Shown in pieces: positions 28,674 to 39,299 of a DNA stretch of 64,000 nucleotides. Source of the DNA: an uncultured Acidobacteriaceae bacterium. Lineage in GTDB: Bacteria > Acidobacteriota > Terriglobia > Terriglobales > Acidobacteriaceae. Position 1 is the first letter of the stretch. Each line of letters begins with the position of its first letter. Below the pieces are notes generated by a model. That model did no database searches. It had not been told where the DNA came from and worked only from the letters and a program-made list of their open reading frames with translations. Location of the stretch: contig CAVQWB010000034.1 in assembly GCA_963717225.1 (NCBI GenBank), positions 65,407 to 129,406 of the forward strand. The letters are read 5' to 3'. The translations under genes and the position numbers were made by a program.

Positions 28674-30920
28674 TTGGATCCCCGAAACTTGGTTGCTCAT
28701 CTCCGTTGGTACCGCTGCGTCCCGATCCTCTCGGTGTGGCTTTTGTTCCTGCCGTTCCTGTCCGGGCAGGCGCAGCAGGGCACCATCTCCGGCACCATTG
28801 TGGATGCCCGAAACCAACCGGTGGCGGGGGCTCGGATTCTTGGCGATGCAGGTCAATTACTGGGCACTACGGCCGCTGACGGGAGCTTCACCGTGCCCGC
28901 AGGATCGGGCCGGGTGCAGATCGCTGCTCCCCACTTTGAGCCAACATCAGTCAACCTGGAAGGGCCTTCTCCGGTTCAAGTTCTTCTCGAGCATCCCCTC
29001 GAAAGCGTTACCGTAACTGCCTACCGGTCGCCTCTCGCATCGGGTGATAGTCCTGCCAGCACGCGCATTCTCACCGCCCAGCATTTGCGAGAGGCGGCTG
29101 GAATTTCGCTCGACGACAAGCTGCGCCAAGTGCCCGGTTTTGAATTATTCCGCCGTACCAGTTCCCTGGTCGCCAACCCCACCACCGAGGGCGTTTCCCT
29201 GCGTGGGTTAGGATCGACTGCGGCCAGCCGCTCGCTCGTGGTATTTGATGAAATTCCCATCGACGACGCCTTTGGAGGCTGGATTCACTGGGAGGAATTG
29301 CCTCCGCCAGTCATTCATTCTGTCGAGTTAGTACGCGGGGGCGCTTCCGATTTGTATGGATCGAGCGCCATCGGCGGCGTCATCAGCATCATCCCGGTCC
29401 GGCCGGCTGCGAACCGGTTTCAGCTCTCCACCAGCTACGGCTCCGAGGCCACTACGGATAACTCACTGCTCGGATCCTTGAAACTAGGCAAATGGTCGGG
29501 CCTGGTGAGCTCGCAAATTATTGGCACGGACGGCTACATCCTGATTGCTCCTAGCGTCCGAGGGCCCATCGATCAGCCGTACAACGTACATGCCCAGAAT
29601 GGGTTGGCGGAGTTCGATCACGGGTTGAGCCACGCCGGACGGATTTTTCTGCGCGGCAGCGTCCTGAACGAGGATCGCCACAATGGCACTCCGATCCAGA
29701 TCAACAGCACCCGTCTCTGGCGCTACGCTGGGGGAGCAGACTGGAGCAATCTGGTGGTCCGCCTCTATGGCGACAATGAGCATTATTCGCAGACCTTCTC
29801 CACCATCGCTGCTTCTCGCACCTCAGAGACGTTGACCCGCATCGGAAAAGACCCGGCCGACGAGCTGGGAGCAGCCGGACACTGGCATCAGCCCGTTGGT
29901 ACGCATCTGCTTCTGCTGGCCGGCGCCGATATTCATGACGTGCGCGCCGCCGACTACGAAACGATGTTTCCTGCATCCAAGGGCTACCTCAACACCACCG
30001 CCCGGCAGCGTCAGAGCGGCCTGTATGGCGAGGTACTCTTTACCCCGCCGGCATGGACCCTCAGTGCTTCGGGCAGGGTGGATCACTTCTCCAACTTCGA
30101 TGCCAGCCAGTACAAAACCGCGACCGCCCCGCTCACCTTGCCTCAGTTGAATGAGACCGTGTTCGATCCCCGCGTCGGTATAACACGACGCCTCACAACC
30201 ATACTGGCTGTCAGTGCGTCGGCGTTTCGCGCCTACCGCGCGCCGACGGAGAATGAGCTTTATCGTACCGGGCAGGTCGGATCGCAGACCACTCAGCCCA
30301 ATCCAACCTTGCGTTCCGAACGCGCCACCGGGTGGGAGGCAGGGGTTCACGCTGATCTACCGTCGATTGGGTCCACCGTCCGGGTGAGCTATTTCTGGAC
30401 CCAGATTAACCGGCCGATTACGGCCCTTACCTTGAGCACCACCCCAACTAGCTCCCTGCTGAAGCGCGAAAACCTGGGCCAGATCGAGAGCCGTGGCGTG
30501 TCGGTCGATTTTGCGTCCCGGCCGGCGAGTTGGGTGAGCCTCGAAGGGGGCTACCAATATGCGGATGCTACGGTCACCAGCAACGCCCAACAACCGAACC
30601 TGGTCGGCAACTGGATTCCGCAGGTGGCCCGTAATATGGCCACCACCCAGCTGGCCTTTTCTCATCGGCGCCTGGGCTTGCTCAGCCTGCAGGGACGTAT
30701 CAGCGGACGCCAATACGACGACGATGCCAATCAATTTCTCCTGCACAGCTACTTCCGTTTTGGGGCTTATGCCTCCCATGATTTTGGTCACCACCTGGTA
30801 GCTTTCGCAGCCGGCGACAATCTCTTCGATCGCTCGATCGAAGCAGGCAAGACTCCCACCCTCACCTTGGCATCTCCACGTGTCGCCCGCTTCGGGCTGC
30901 GGATCAACTTCGGCGACTAA
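28674..30920 (+). CDS. TonB-dependent receptor with CarboxypepD_reg N-domain
   Basis: Intact 748-aa ORF. It has GTISGTIVDARNQPVAGARI, a plug (VPGFELFRR...GVSLRGLGSTAASRSLVVFDEIPIDD), and a barrel ending RFGLRINFGD. Confidence 0.88.
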   Translation: MDPRNLVAHLRWYRCVPILSVWLLFLPFLSGQAQQGTISGTIVDARNQPVAGARILGDAGQLLGTTAADGSFTVPAGSGRVQIAAPHFEPTSVNLEGPSPVQVLLEHPLESVTVTAYRSPLASGDSPASTRILTAQHLREAAGISLDDKLRQVPGFELFRRTSSLVANPTTEGVSLRGLGSTAASRSLVVFDEIPIDDAFGGWIHWEELPPPVIHSVELVRGGASDLYGSSAIGGVISIIPVRPAANRFQLSTSYGSEATTDNSLLGSLKLGKWSGLVSSQIIGTDGYILIAPSVRGPIDQPYNVHAQNGLAEFDHGLSHAGRIFLRGSVLNEDRHNGTPIQINSTRLWRYAGGADWSNLVVRLYGDNEHYSQTFSTIAASRTSETLTRIGKDPADELGAAGHWHQPVGTHLLLLAGADIHDVRAADYETMFPASKGYLNTTARQRQSGLYGEVLFTPPAWTLSASGRVDHFSNFDASQYKTATAPLTLPQLNETVFDPRVGITRRLTTILAVSASAFRAYRAPTENELYRTGQVGSQTTQPNPTLRSERATGWEAGVHADLPSIGSTVRVSYFWTQINRPITALTLSTTPTSSLLKRENLGQIESRGVSVDFASRPASWVSLEGGYQYADATVTSNAQQPNLVGNWIPQVARNMATTQLAFSHRRLGLLSLQGRISGRQYDDDANQFLLHSYFRFGAYASHDFGHHLVAFAAGDNLFDRSIEAGKTPTLTLASPRVARFGLRINFGD

Positions 30921-31165
30921 AGTGGTTTAACAATTGGTGTAGACCGAACCAACGGACTCAGTCCCGTAAGGACGGCTGGAATTAGCCCAGGACGTGAGTC
31001 CTGGGTTAACCGAAAAAGCTGGACTAGTCCCGCCAGGGACGGCTGAAACCTAGTCCCTGTGTTCAGCCGTCCCTTACGGGACTGGTCGGATTGCTTATAT
31101 CTACCCAGGACTGTCGTCCTGGGCTAAGTTAGACGTCCCTTTTAGAGCAGAGTTCTGTTTAGCCC
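30921..31165. repeat. family D motif plus inverted copy of the family B MITE-like element
   Basis: GGTTTAACAATTGGTGTAGACCGAACCAACGGAC (30924-30957) recurs at 33469-33505. The stretch 30975-31125 is the reverse complement of 13230-13365, with only scattered mismatches by eye. Confidence 0.8.
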
Positions 31166-31200
31166 AACCCCGCCCGTTCGTCCACACCTGCGGTCTTGCC

Positions 31201-33220
31201 TTACCTGGTGTGCCACTTGAGCAGCGGAAACACGCTGCTGTAATTGTCCGTCCACAGCCGTACATCCGCCTGTAATGGCGTTGGGAAAGAGTTGTTGACA
31301 ATCTCCGGTTGATTCAAAAACGTTTCGCTCGCCGTCACCAGAATCCAATCCGCGTAATACAAACCGTTCTGTTCGTCAGCGTGGGAGTGCACTGACAAGG
31401 CACGAAGTCCGGCGTTGCGGGCGATTGCGGCAACCACCGGTTCCAGGTCGATATATTGGTTGGACACGTGGAATGCAATCACTCCATCCGGCTGCAAATG
31501 CCGGCGATAAAGCGCCAGTGCCTCCCGGGTCAACAGATGCACCGGAATGGCATCCCCGGAGAAGGCATCCACCACGATCACATTGAAGTGCTGTGGAGCC
31601 TCGGAGGCTAAAGACAACCGGGCATCACCAATGACTACGTCGGTCTGTGCGCGACTATCGTGGAGAAACGTGAACCAATGCCTCGCCAACCGCTCCACCA
31701 GCGGGTTGATCTCATAAAATCGCATCATGTCGCCGGCGTTGCCGTAGGCTGCGACCGTACCCGTCCCTAGTCCAACCACGCCTACCCGCTTTGGGCCTGC
31801 GCCACAGCACAGCCGCATCGCCAGGCCAAGGCCGGAGTCAGGAGCGTAGTAAGTCAATGGCTGCCCTAGAAACTGGGGAGCGAACCACTCCGCGCCATGC
31901 TCGATGGTTCCGTTCAAGAGCATGGCGATCGGTATCGGACTGCGGCGGCAAATGCGATTCCCTGACCCGCAGGGTTCCATAAAAGTTGCGCATCAGGGCC
32001 ACAGCGTCGTCGTCGTATTGCCTTACCTGGGTGCTCAAGACCACCACCGCAGCGGTCGCTCCAACCATCCAGAGCATGCGTAAACCCCAACCGTCGTGCC
32101 ACGTTGCCGCCAGGGCGATCAAGGCAACCGCCACCAGCGTGCAGGCAAGGTCATAGTTCGCCCGCAACACCAGGGGGGCGATCACCCCTACCAGCAATGT
32201 TCCCGCGGCACTCCCCGCCGCCGCGACCAGGTAAAACCTGGTCATCGCTGACGCAACCGGGCGCCGTAGGTAGAGCTCCCCGTGGAGAAAAAAGCAGACC
32301 ACAAATAGCCCAATCAGGAACAGCGGCACACTTACGGCGATTGGCAGCTGGGTCCGAATATCCCGCAGCGCGTAAGCCATGGATGCGACCGTAATCAGCA
32401 CCCAACGGAGCATAAATTGGCGTACCGGGCCCCATGCCCTCTGAAAAGCCAGGATGAACGTCAGCAGATACAGCGCCAGAGGCGGCAGCCACAAGAGGGG
32501 AATGGCGGCAATGTTTGCGCTCATGTGGCTGGTCACTGCGGTCAGCATCATCCCGCCGCCCAGGGCCAGCAAAAACCAAAATGGCTCCGGATGGCCAAGC
32601 AAGACGGCCTGTTCCGGCGTGGCGGAAACTATGCGTTTGCGGCCCTGCCAAGCCAGGGCGCCGCAGATCACCGCAAAGAGCAGGAACCCTCTGCTCCACC
32701 ACGCCGTCTGCTGGTTCATGGTCTCGCCCGGTTCGATTAGCAGCGGATAGCTGGTAAGAGCCAGCAGGGAAGCCAGGTTTGAGAGGGCGAAGAGCCGATA
32801 CGCCGAACGGCCGTCAAAGCTGCCGGCAAACCAGGCAGTGAGAAGGGGCGTGGTGGCAGAGAGCGCGAGATAGGGTAAACCGATCACAGCAGTCAGTACC
32901 CGGAAGACGGTCAGGGCGGGATGGTAGCTGACCGCCGTAGGACTGGGTCGGACGTGAATGCCCAGCGTCAGCAGCGCCGCTGTCAGCAACAAAATGTGGA
33001 TCACCGCCTGTTTCGCCGGGTTGAAGAATGACGAGATCCAGTGCGCATACAGATAGCCGAGCAAAAGCACCACGGAGAAGAAGACCAGGCAGGTGGTCCA
33101 CACCGCAGACGACCCTCCCAACGTGGGAAGCAGTTGTTTCGCTGCCATTGGTTCCACAACAAAGAGCAGGAAGGCACTCAGGAAGATCGTGACTGCGTAG
33201 AGGCTGCGGAGGAGGGTCAT
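31201..33220 (-). pseudogene. membrane-anchored spermidine-synthase-like (polyamine aminopropyltransferase fold) protein, one +1 frame break
   Basis: ORF 31838..33286 (start at MTLLRSLYAVTIFLSAFLLF, 33220) encodes a multi-TM domain ending NFYGTLRV. ORF 31201..31980 then gives LLNGTIEHG...VGVVGLGTGT...VIVVDAFSGDAIPVHLLT, a class I methyltransferase/SpeE fold. The junction is near 31924. Confidence 0.78.
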
Positions 33221-33273
33221 TTGCGGGTACCACAAGGATGTATCACACAAATGATCAGCTGAACCGCGAGCGG

Positions 33274-33336
33274 GGTAATCAACCACAAGTCACCGTTGGG
33301 TCGCGTGAGGTAATCAACCGCGAGTCACCGTTGGGT
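33274..33336. repeat. two 28-nt direct repeats, 35-nt period
   Basis: GGTAATCAACCACAAGTCACCGTTGGGT (33274-33301) and GGTAATCAACCGCGAGTCACCGTTGGGT (33309-33336) match at 26/28 positions. They lie 54-116 nt upstream of the minus-strand gene start at 33220. Confidence 0.85.
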
Positions 33337-33419
33337 GTAACCAGGGTGACGTAGCCAACCTTCAACGTCGCCGCTATTGTGGTCCTCGAGGATCAGTTCT
33401 GGGGGAGGGCTGCTCTTCA

Positions 33420-33585
33420 GCGCGCCCGTGAGCTAAAAGCTCTCGGGCGCTTGCTATTTGCGGGTAAAGCGGTTTAGCAATTGGTGTAGACCGAAGCAAA
33501 GGACCTTTTCGTGGTTTTCTCCCAAGGAAAACCACTCCTCGCGGCCTTTTGTCGGGCCACAGTAATTGCTAACCGCTCTAAACTC
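33420..33585. repeat. REP-like hairpins and family D unit upstream of the DUF853 gene
   Basis: Contains the hairpin GCGCCCGTGAGC-TAAAA-GCTCTCGGGCGC. GCGGTTTAGCAATTGG (33469) pairs with CAGTAATTGCTAACCGC (33562-33578) around an internal hairpin GTGGTTTTC-TCCCAAG-GAAAACCAC. Confidence 0.65.
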
Positions 33586-33607
33586 CATCCATATAGAATC
33601 CTCGAAT

Positions 33608-35119
33608 ATGCCCGATCCCTTGCTGATTGCCCAGAGCAAAAGCCCGCTCTACCTGCTGCCGGCCATGTCTAATCGTCACGGTTTGATTGCCGGAGCAACC
33701 GGCACCGGCAAGACGGTAACACTGCAGGTAATGGCGGAGTCTTTCAGCCGGATTGGCGTCCCGGTCTTCGCCGCGGACGTCAAGGGCGATCTTTCCGGCA
33801 TCAGTCAGCCGGGGGTGGAGAACCCCAAGATCACCGATCGCGTCAAAAAGCTCAACCTGACCGGCTTCTCCTTCGCCGGGTGCCCCGTGACCTTCTGGGA
33901 CGTCTTCGGCGAGCAGGGACACCCGGTTCGCGCTACGGTCTCGGACATGGGTCCCCTGCTCTTCAGCCGGCTGCTGAACCTGAATGACACCCAGGCCGGC
34001 GTGTTGAATGCTGTTTTCAAGATTGCGGATGATCAGGGCTTGCTCCTGCTCGATCTCAAGGACCTGCAGGCGATGTTGCAGTATGCCGCAGCGAATGCCA
34101 AGGAGTTTCAGACCCAGTACGGCAACATCTCTGCGGCCAGCGTCGGAGCGATGCAGCGGGGCCTGCTCTCGTTAGAGCAGCAAGGTGGAGACAAGTTTCT
34201 GGGTGAGCCGGCGCTCAACCTCGACGACCTTATGCAGACCGACGCCCAGGGTCACGGGGTTGTCAACATTCTCGCGGCAGACAAACTCATCAACTCACCC
34301 CAGCTTTATGCCACTTTCCTGTTGTGGCTGCTCAGCGAGCTCTTCGAGCGCCTGCCCGAGGTGGGCGACCCGGAAAAACCTAAGCTCGTCTTCTTCTTTG
34401 ATGAAGCGCACCTGCTATTTTCCGACCTGCCCAAGGTGATCGAAGACAAGGTCCACCAAGTGGTTCGCCTCGTCCGTTCCAAGGGCGTGGGTGTCTTCTT
34501 TGTGACCCAGAGTCCCATTGACGTCCCCGACGGTATCCTGGGTCAGCTCGGCAACCGGGTTCAGCACGCGGTGCGTGCTTTTACTCCGAAAGACCAGAAA
34601 GCGGTAAAGGCGGCAGCCCAGACCTTCCGCACCAATCCCGAGGTCAATGTAGAGCAGGTGATTCTGGAGCTGGGAGTGGGCGAAGGGCTGGTCTCTTTTC
34701 TGGATGAGAAGGGAACGCCCGCGATGGTGGAACGCGCATTGGTTTGCCCGCCGCGCAGTCAGATCGGCCCGATTACTGCGGAACAACGGCAGCAAATCAT
34801 GCGCGACTCCCTGGTTACCGGGGTTTACGAGAAAGTAGTCGATCGCGAATCGGCCTATGAGCTGCTGAAAGACCGCGCCGCCAAGGCAGGGGCGGTGGCT
34901 GGTTCACAACCCGTTTCCTCTCAACAACCTGCACCAAGGGCGACCACGTGGTATAGCGACCTCTTATCGCTGGGTTCGGGGTCAACGAGTGGCCGGCGTG
35001 GCGACAGTCTGGCCGAAACCATGGCCAAGAGCGCTGCACGCACGCTTGGGAGTACCGTAGGACGGCAGATCGTGCGCGGGGTCCTTGGATCACTGCTGGG
35101 CGGTTCTAGTCGCCGCTAG
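33608..35119 (+). CDS. DUF853/YjgR-family HerA-like ATPase
   Basis: ATG 33608 gives [49 protein letters not shown], collinear with E. coli YjgR. A Walker B-like [10 protein letters not shown] is also present. Confidence 0.85.
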   Translation: MPDPLLIAQSKSPLYLLPAMSNRHGLIAGATGTGKTVTLQVMAESFSRIGVPVFAADVKGDLSGISQPGVENPKITDRVKKLNLTGFSFAGCPVTFWDVFGEQGHPVRATVSDMGPLLFSRLLNLNDTQAGVLNAVFKIADDQGLLLLDLKDLQAMLQYAAANAKEFQTQYGNISAASVGAMQRGLLSLEQQGGDKFLGEPALNLDDLMQTDAQGHGVVNILAADKLINSPQLYATFLLWLLSELFERLPEVGDPEKPKLVFFFDEAHLLFSDLPKVIEDKVHQVVRLVRSKGVGVFFVTQSPIDVPDGILGQLGNRVQHAVRAFTPKDQKAVKAAAQTFRTNPEVNVEQVILELGVGEGLVSFLDEKGTPAMVERALVCPPRSQIGPITAEQRQQIMRDSLVTGVYEKVVDRESAYELLKDRAAKAGAVAGSQPVSSQQPAPRATTWYSDLLSLGSGSTSGRRGDSLAETMAKSAARTLGSTVGRQIVRGVLGSLLGGSSRR

Positions 35120-35332
35120 GCTTACTTTCAAGGCCCGCTTGCTGCAAACGTGGTATGGCCACCTACATCTATGGTCGGTACCCTCAGCACGGTTGGGTCC
35201 GCCCATTACCCGCCCGGTTAAACCTGCCAGCAACATAATCCTGGGCATCGCGCTAATACAGAACGTGCCGGCCAAAGGGCCGGCGACCCCCAGGCGCTGT
35301 TCGCTGTGGGGGTTCAGCTAAGGAGCAATCCA

Positions 35333-36322
35333 ATGCGTGCAATCCGGGCTCTTCGAACTTTGTTCCTCGCATCACTGGTATCTATCGTGCCGGCGTCGTC
35401 GTTTGCCGGCGTATTCCTTTCAGTCACCATTGCTCCGCCGGTGCTGCCGGTTTACGCTCAGCCGGTTTGTCCGGGGGACGGCTATCTTTGGACCCCTGGA
35501 TACTGGGCTTATGGCGATGCGGGCTACTTCTGGGTGCCCGGAACCTGGGCACTAGCTCCCCGGCCCGGCTTTCTCTGGACACCTGGCTACTGGGGCTGGG
35601 GTGGCGGTGCTTACCTCTGGCATGCCGGTTACTGGGGACCCCATGTCGGCTTTTACGGTGGCGTGAACTACGGCTACGGCTATGGCGGGGTAGGCTTCTA
35701 TGGCGGTCGCTGGGAGGGTGGACATTTTGCGTATAACAGCGCCGTGCTTCACGTTGACAGGACGGTTGTCCACAACACGTACGTCGACAACACGGTGATC
35801 CACAACACAACCGTGATCAATCGCACCAGCTTCAATGGGCCCCACGGGGTCGACGCCCGGCCTAATGGCCAGGAAATGGCGGCCATGCGCGAATCGCATG
35901 TTCAGCCGACCTCCGAGCAGATGAACCACGAACACTTTGCTAGCAGCAACCGGGAGAACTTTGCCTCCGTGAATGGCGGAAGGCCCGCAAACCCGGCCGT
36001 AAGCCGTCCTATGACGTCAGCCAACTTCGCCAATCACGCAGCGGTGAACAATAACAGCCGGCCGGCCTACAACGCCAATGGCAACGCCAATAACCGTCCG
36101 GCCTTTAACGCCAACGCGAATGCCAATAATCATCCGGCTTACAACGCGAACGCGAACACCCGGCCGGCCTACAACAACAATGCCTACAAGGGCCCTACCA
36201 ACAACGAGGCGCATTACACGACCGCGCCTCACAACAGTCAGCCGCCTCATCAGGCTGGCGGCCAACCGCACAATGAATCGCATCCGAGCGGCGGCGGCGG
36301 CGGAGAGCACGAACACCGCTAG
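35333..36322 (+). CDS. secreted YXWGXW-repeat protein with Asn-rich repetitive C-terminus
   Basis: AAGGAG lies upstream of ATG 35333 and a signal peptide follows. Repeats include GYLWTPGYWAYGDAGYFWVPGTWALAP and GFLWTPGYWGWGGGAYLWHAGYWG. The tail reads RPAYNANGNANNRPAFNANANANNHPAYNANANTRPAYNNNAY. Confidence 0.75.
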   Translation: MRAIRALRTLFLASLVSIVPASSFAGVFLSVTIAPPVLPVYAQPVCPGDGYLWTPGYWAYGDAGYFWVPGTWALAPRPGFLWTPGYWGWGGGAYLWHAGYWGPHVGFYGGVNYGYGYGGVGFYGGRWEGGHFAYNSAVLHVDRTVVHNTYVDNTVIHNTTVINRTSFNGPHGVDARPNGQEMAAMRESHVQPTSEQMNHEHFASSNRENFASVNGGRPANPAVSRPMTSANFANHAAVNNNSRPAYNANGNANNRPAFNANANANNHPAYNANANTRPAYNNNAYKGPTNNEAHYTTAPHNSQPPHQAGGQPHNESHPSGGGGGEHEHR

Positions 36323-36342
36323 CCTCTACGGCCCAAACAGCG

Positions 36343-36368
36343 CGGCCCGCAGCATCTGCTGCGGGCCG
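36343..36368. terminator. bidirectional intrinsic-terminator-like hairpin between convergent genes
   Basis: CGGCCCGCAGC-ATCT-GCTGCGGGCCG is a perfect 11-bp GC-rich stem, followed by TACTTTCTT on the plus strand. Confidence 0.6.
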
Positions 36369-36387
36369 TACTTTCTTGATCCCAGCC

Positions 36388-38457
36388 CTATCCCTGTCCC
36401 AACTCCTGCAGCAGAAAGGCGTAGTCGAGCGCAATCTCTTTCAGATAGTCATAGCGCCCGGAGGAGCCGCCGTGGCCCGCGCTCATGTTGGTTTCGAGCA
36501 GCAACAGTCTGTCGTCCGATTTCAACGTTCGCAGCTTGGCTACATACTTGGCCGGCTCCCAATACATTACCTGGCTATCGTGCAGCGAGGTCTTGACCAG
36601 CATTGCCGGGTAAGCCTTGCGTTCCAGGTTGTCGTAGGGTGAATACTGCAGCATGTAGGCGAAAGCCTCCTCCTGGTTGGGATCGCCCCACTCTTCATAC
36701 TCCGCGATGGTCAGGGGAAGCGTCGGATCGAGCATGGTGTTCATCACGTCCACGAAGGGCACGTGGGAGAGAACAGCGCGGTACAGATCGGGCCTCATGT
36801 TGGCTACCGCCCCCATCAGCAGGCCACCGGCGCTGCCGCCTTCCATGGCCACGCGCCGTGGGTCTCCGTAGCCGTGGGCTGTCAGGTATTCCGTCACCGC
36901 AATGAAATCTGTGAAGGTGTTCATCTTGTTCATCAGCCGCCCTGCGTCGTGCCATGGTTTACCCATATCGCCGCCACCACGAATGTGCGCATAGGCAAGC
37001 ACAAATCCACGGTCGAGTAAGCTCAGGCGGTTGGAATTGAACCCTACGGGAAGGGAATATCCGTAGGAACCATAACCATAGATATAGAGAGGGTTTGTAC
37101 CGTCGCCCTTCTTGTCTTTGCGGTAGACGATGGAAACCGGAATTCCCGTCCCGTCAGGGGCGGTAGCGAACACGCGCTCCGAGCGGTAGAGCGTGCGGTC
37201 AAATCCCCCTGGTACTTCCAACTCCTTCAATAATGTCGATTGATTCGTGAGCACGTTGTACTCGTAAACCGATGTAGGGGAAACCAGCGATTGATACCCG
37301 TAGCGAAATGTGTCGGTTACAAATTCGCGATTAACGTGTGGATGGGCGCTGTAGGTAGGCTCAGGAAATGCAATCCGGGGAGAAGGTCCGGAAAACGCTC
37401 CCTGCTTGTCAAAGAATTTAATGCCCATATGTGGCAGGCCGTTGGAGCGCTCGACCAGTACGGCGAACGACTGAAAGAGCTCCAACTCTTCCAGCATCAC
37501 GTCGTCGCGGTGGGCGATCAGTTCGCGCCAGTGGGCGCGGCCGGGGCTGGCTACCGGTGCGGTGACGATGCGGAAAGTTCTAGCTGTGTCGTTTACGCGA
37601 ATGTACCAGAGTCCGTTCCGGTGGTCCGCGTAGTACTCGATGTTCTCCTGGCGCGGTTCGATCAATGTCCAGCGCCCTTCCGGATCATCCGCGGGTAGAA
37701 ACTGTTCTTCGCTGCTGGTATGGCTGGCGCTCTCGAGCACGATGTACTTGTCGTCGCGGGTGCGGCCGGCTCCGACATTGAAGCGCTCATCGGCTTCCTC
37801 GTAAACCAGGGCGTCTTCAGCCTGCTGCCGTCCCAAGACGTGGCGGAAGAGCTGGAATTGCCGTTTGGTGGCCTCATCCTCCACGGTGTAGAAAAGGGTC
37901 CGGTTATCTGCGGTCCAGACGACAGAGCCAACCCGCTGCGCCTGGTCGGTGAGCACTTCCCCTGTTCTCAGATCTTTAATGTGCAACGTATATTGCCGAA
38001 AGCCGGTGGTGTCGGTCGAATAGGCGAGCAGGTTGCCATCGTCGGAGACGGTGAGTGCGCCCAATGCCATGAACGCCTCGCCGGCCGCCAACTGGTTCAT
38101 ATCGAGCATGATCTCTTCGCCGGTGTCGAGCGAGCCGTGCTTGCGGCAGTAAATGGGATACTGTGCGCCCTGTTCTGTCCGCGAGTAGTAGAAATAAGCT
38201 CCATCGCGAAATGGAACCGAGATATCGGTCTCCTTGATGTGGCTTATCATTTCCGCATAGAGCCTGGCCTGCAGCTCTTCGGTGGGCTTCATCACCGCCC
38301 GGGTATATGCATTCTCCTGTTCCAGAAAGGCAACGACTTCCGGGCTCGTCTTTTCCCGCAGCCAGGCGTAGTCGTCGGCCAACCGGTGTCCGTGAATGGT
38401 GGTGATAGTTTCCTGTCTTCGAGCGATCGGTGGTTGCACAACAATGGAAGAAGTCAT
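36388..38457 (-). CDS. ptrB: S9-family serine peptidase, oligopeptidase B-like
   Basis: N-terminal HGHRLADDYAWLREK is present. The catalytic serine context is GGSAGGLLMGAVAN, and the C-terminal part has DSQVMYWEPAKYVAKLR and SAGHGG. The likely start is ATG 38457 within ORF 36388..38502. Confidence 0.85.
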   Translation of the reverse strand: MTSSIVVQPPIARRQETITTIHGHRLADDYAWLREKTSPEVVAFLEQENAYTRAVMKPTEELQARLYAEMISHIKETDISVPFRDGAYFYYSRTEQGAQYPIYCRKHGSLDTGEEIMLDMNQLAAGEAFMALGALTVSDDGNLLAYSTDTTGFRQYTLHIKDLRTGEVLTDQAQRVGSVVWTADNRTLFYTVEDEATKRQFQLFRHVLGRQQAEDALVYEEADERFNVGAGRTRDDKYIVLESASHTSSEEQFLPADDPEGRWTLIEPRQENIEYYADHRNGLWYIRVNDTARTFRIVTAPVASPGRAHWRELIAHRDDVMLEELELFQSFAVLVERSNGLPHMGIKFFDKQGAFSGPSPRIAFPEPTYSAHPHVNREFVTDTFRYGYQSLVSPTSVYEYNVLTNQSTLLKELEVPGGFDRTLYRSERVFATAPDGTGIPVSIVYRKDKKGDGTNPLYIYGYGSYGYSLPVGFNSNRLSLLDRGFVLAYAHIRGGGDMGKPWHDAGRLMNKMNTFTDFIAVTEYLTAHGYGDPRRVAMEGGSAGGLLMGAVANMRPDLYRAVLSHVPFVDVMNTMLDPTLPLTIAEYEEWGDPNQEEAFAYMLQYSPYDNLERKAYPAMLVKTSLHDSQVMYWEPAKYVAKLRTLKSDDRLLLLETNMSAGHGGSSGRYDYLKEIALDYAFLLQELGQG

Positions 38458-38567
38458 ATATGAATCAAGGATATATCGTTGGCTGGGGGAGAAGTTGTGC
38501 ATCCGCTCAAAACCCCGGTTGCCGGCGGCTGCCGTCGCGCATCATACTTTTCGAGGAGCAAAACAGC

Positions 38568-39197
38568 ATGAATCCCCCGATTGGCAGCAAAAGCATGGTG
38601 GCCTTGGCTGGCGCGATCCTGCTTGGTGGAAGTATGGGATTGGCACAAGTGGGTCAGCAGCCCAGCAGCCCAGCAGGCCAAAACCCAGGCCAAAACAACC
38701 CGGCCATGGATTCTCGGATGAATGGAATAGCGGCTGCGGGGCAACCCTCGATGATCGACAAGATGTTTGTCAGGAAAGCGATGGAAGGTAGCATGGCGGA
38801 AGTCCAATTGGGCCAACTGACGTTACAGAAAAGCAATAACGATCAGGTGAAACAGTTTGCCCAACGTATGATCGATGACCACACCAAGTTGAATGACCAG
38901 ATGAAACCTGTCGCCCAGCAGCTTGGCGTCTCTGCTCCTAATCAGCCTTCAAAGAAGGACAGGCAAACTATGGCGAAGCTGCAAGCCCTCTCCGGATCAG
39001 CCTACGACCAAGCCTACATTCGCGACATGGTGAAGGATCACAAGCAGGATCTGAGCGAATTCCAGAGTGAAGCCTCTTCCGGTCAGGATCAGACGGTGAA
39101 GGATGCTGCGCACCAGGGTAGCCAGGTCATCTCACAACACCTGCAAATGATCCAGCAGATCGCCAAGGACCAGAACGTAAACATGGCCAGCAAGTAA
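38568..39197 (+). CDS. DUF4142-domain secreted protein
   Basis: GAGGAG lies upstream of ATG 38568 and a signal peptide follows. The pattern FVRKAMEGSMAEVQLGQLTLQKSNNDQVKQFAQRMIDDHTKLNDQM...YDQAYIRDMVKDHKQDLSEF is typical of DUF4142. Confidence 0.8.
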   Translation: MNPPIGSKSMVALAGAILLGGSMGLAQVGQQPSSPAGQNPGQNNPAMDSRMNGIAAAGQPSMIDKMFVRKAMEGSMAEVQLGQLTLQKSNNDQVKQFAQRMIDDHTKLNDQMKPVAQQLGVSAPNQPSKKDRQTMAKLQALSGSAYDQAYIRDMVKDHKQDLSEFQSEASSGQDQTVKDAAHQGSQVISQHLQMIQQIAKDQNVNMASK

Positions 39198-39299
39198 ATT
39201 GTTGCCGCTTTAACCTTGTGCCCGCTTCGTCCAGTTTCACTGGGCGGCGGGCATAACTGTGTCTGAGTTTCATCTCAGGAACGAGGGGTAGGTCTTTCA

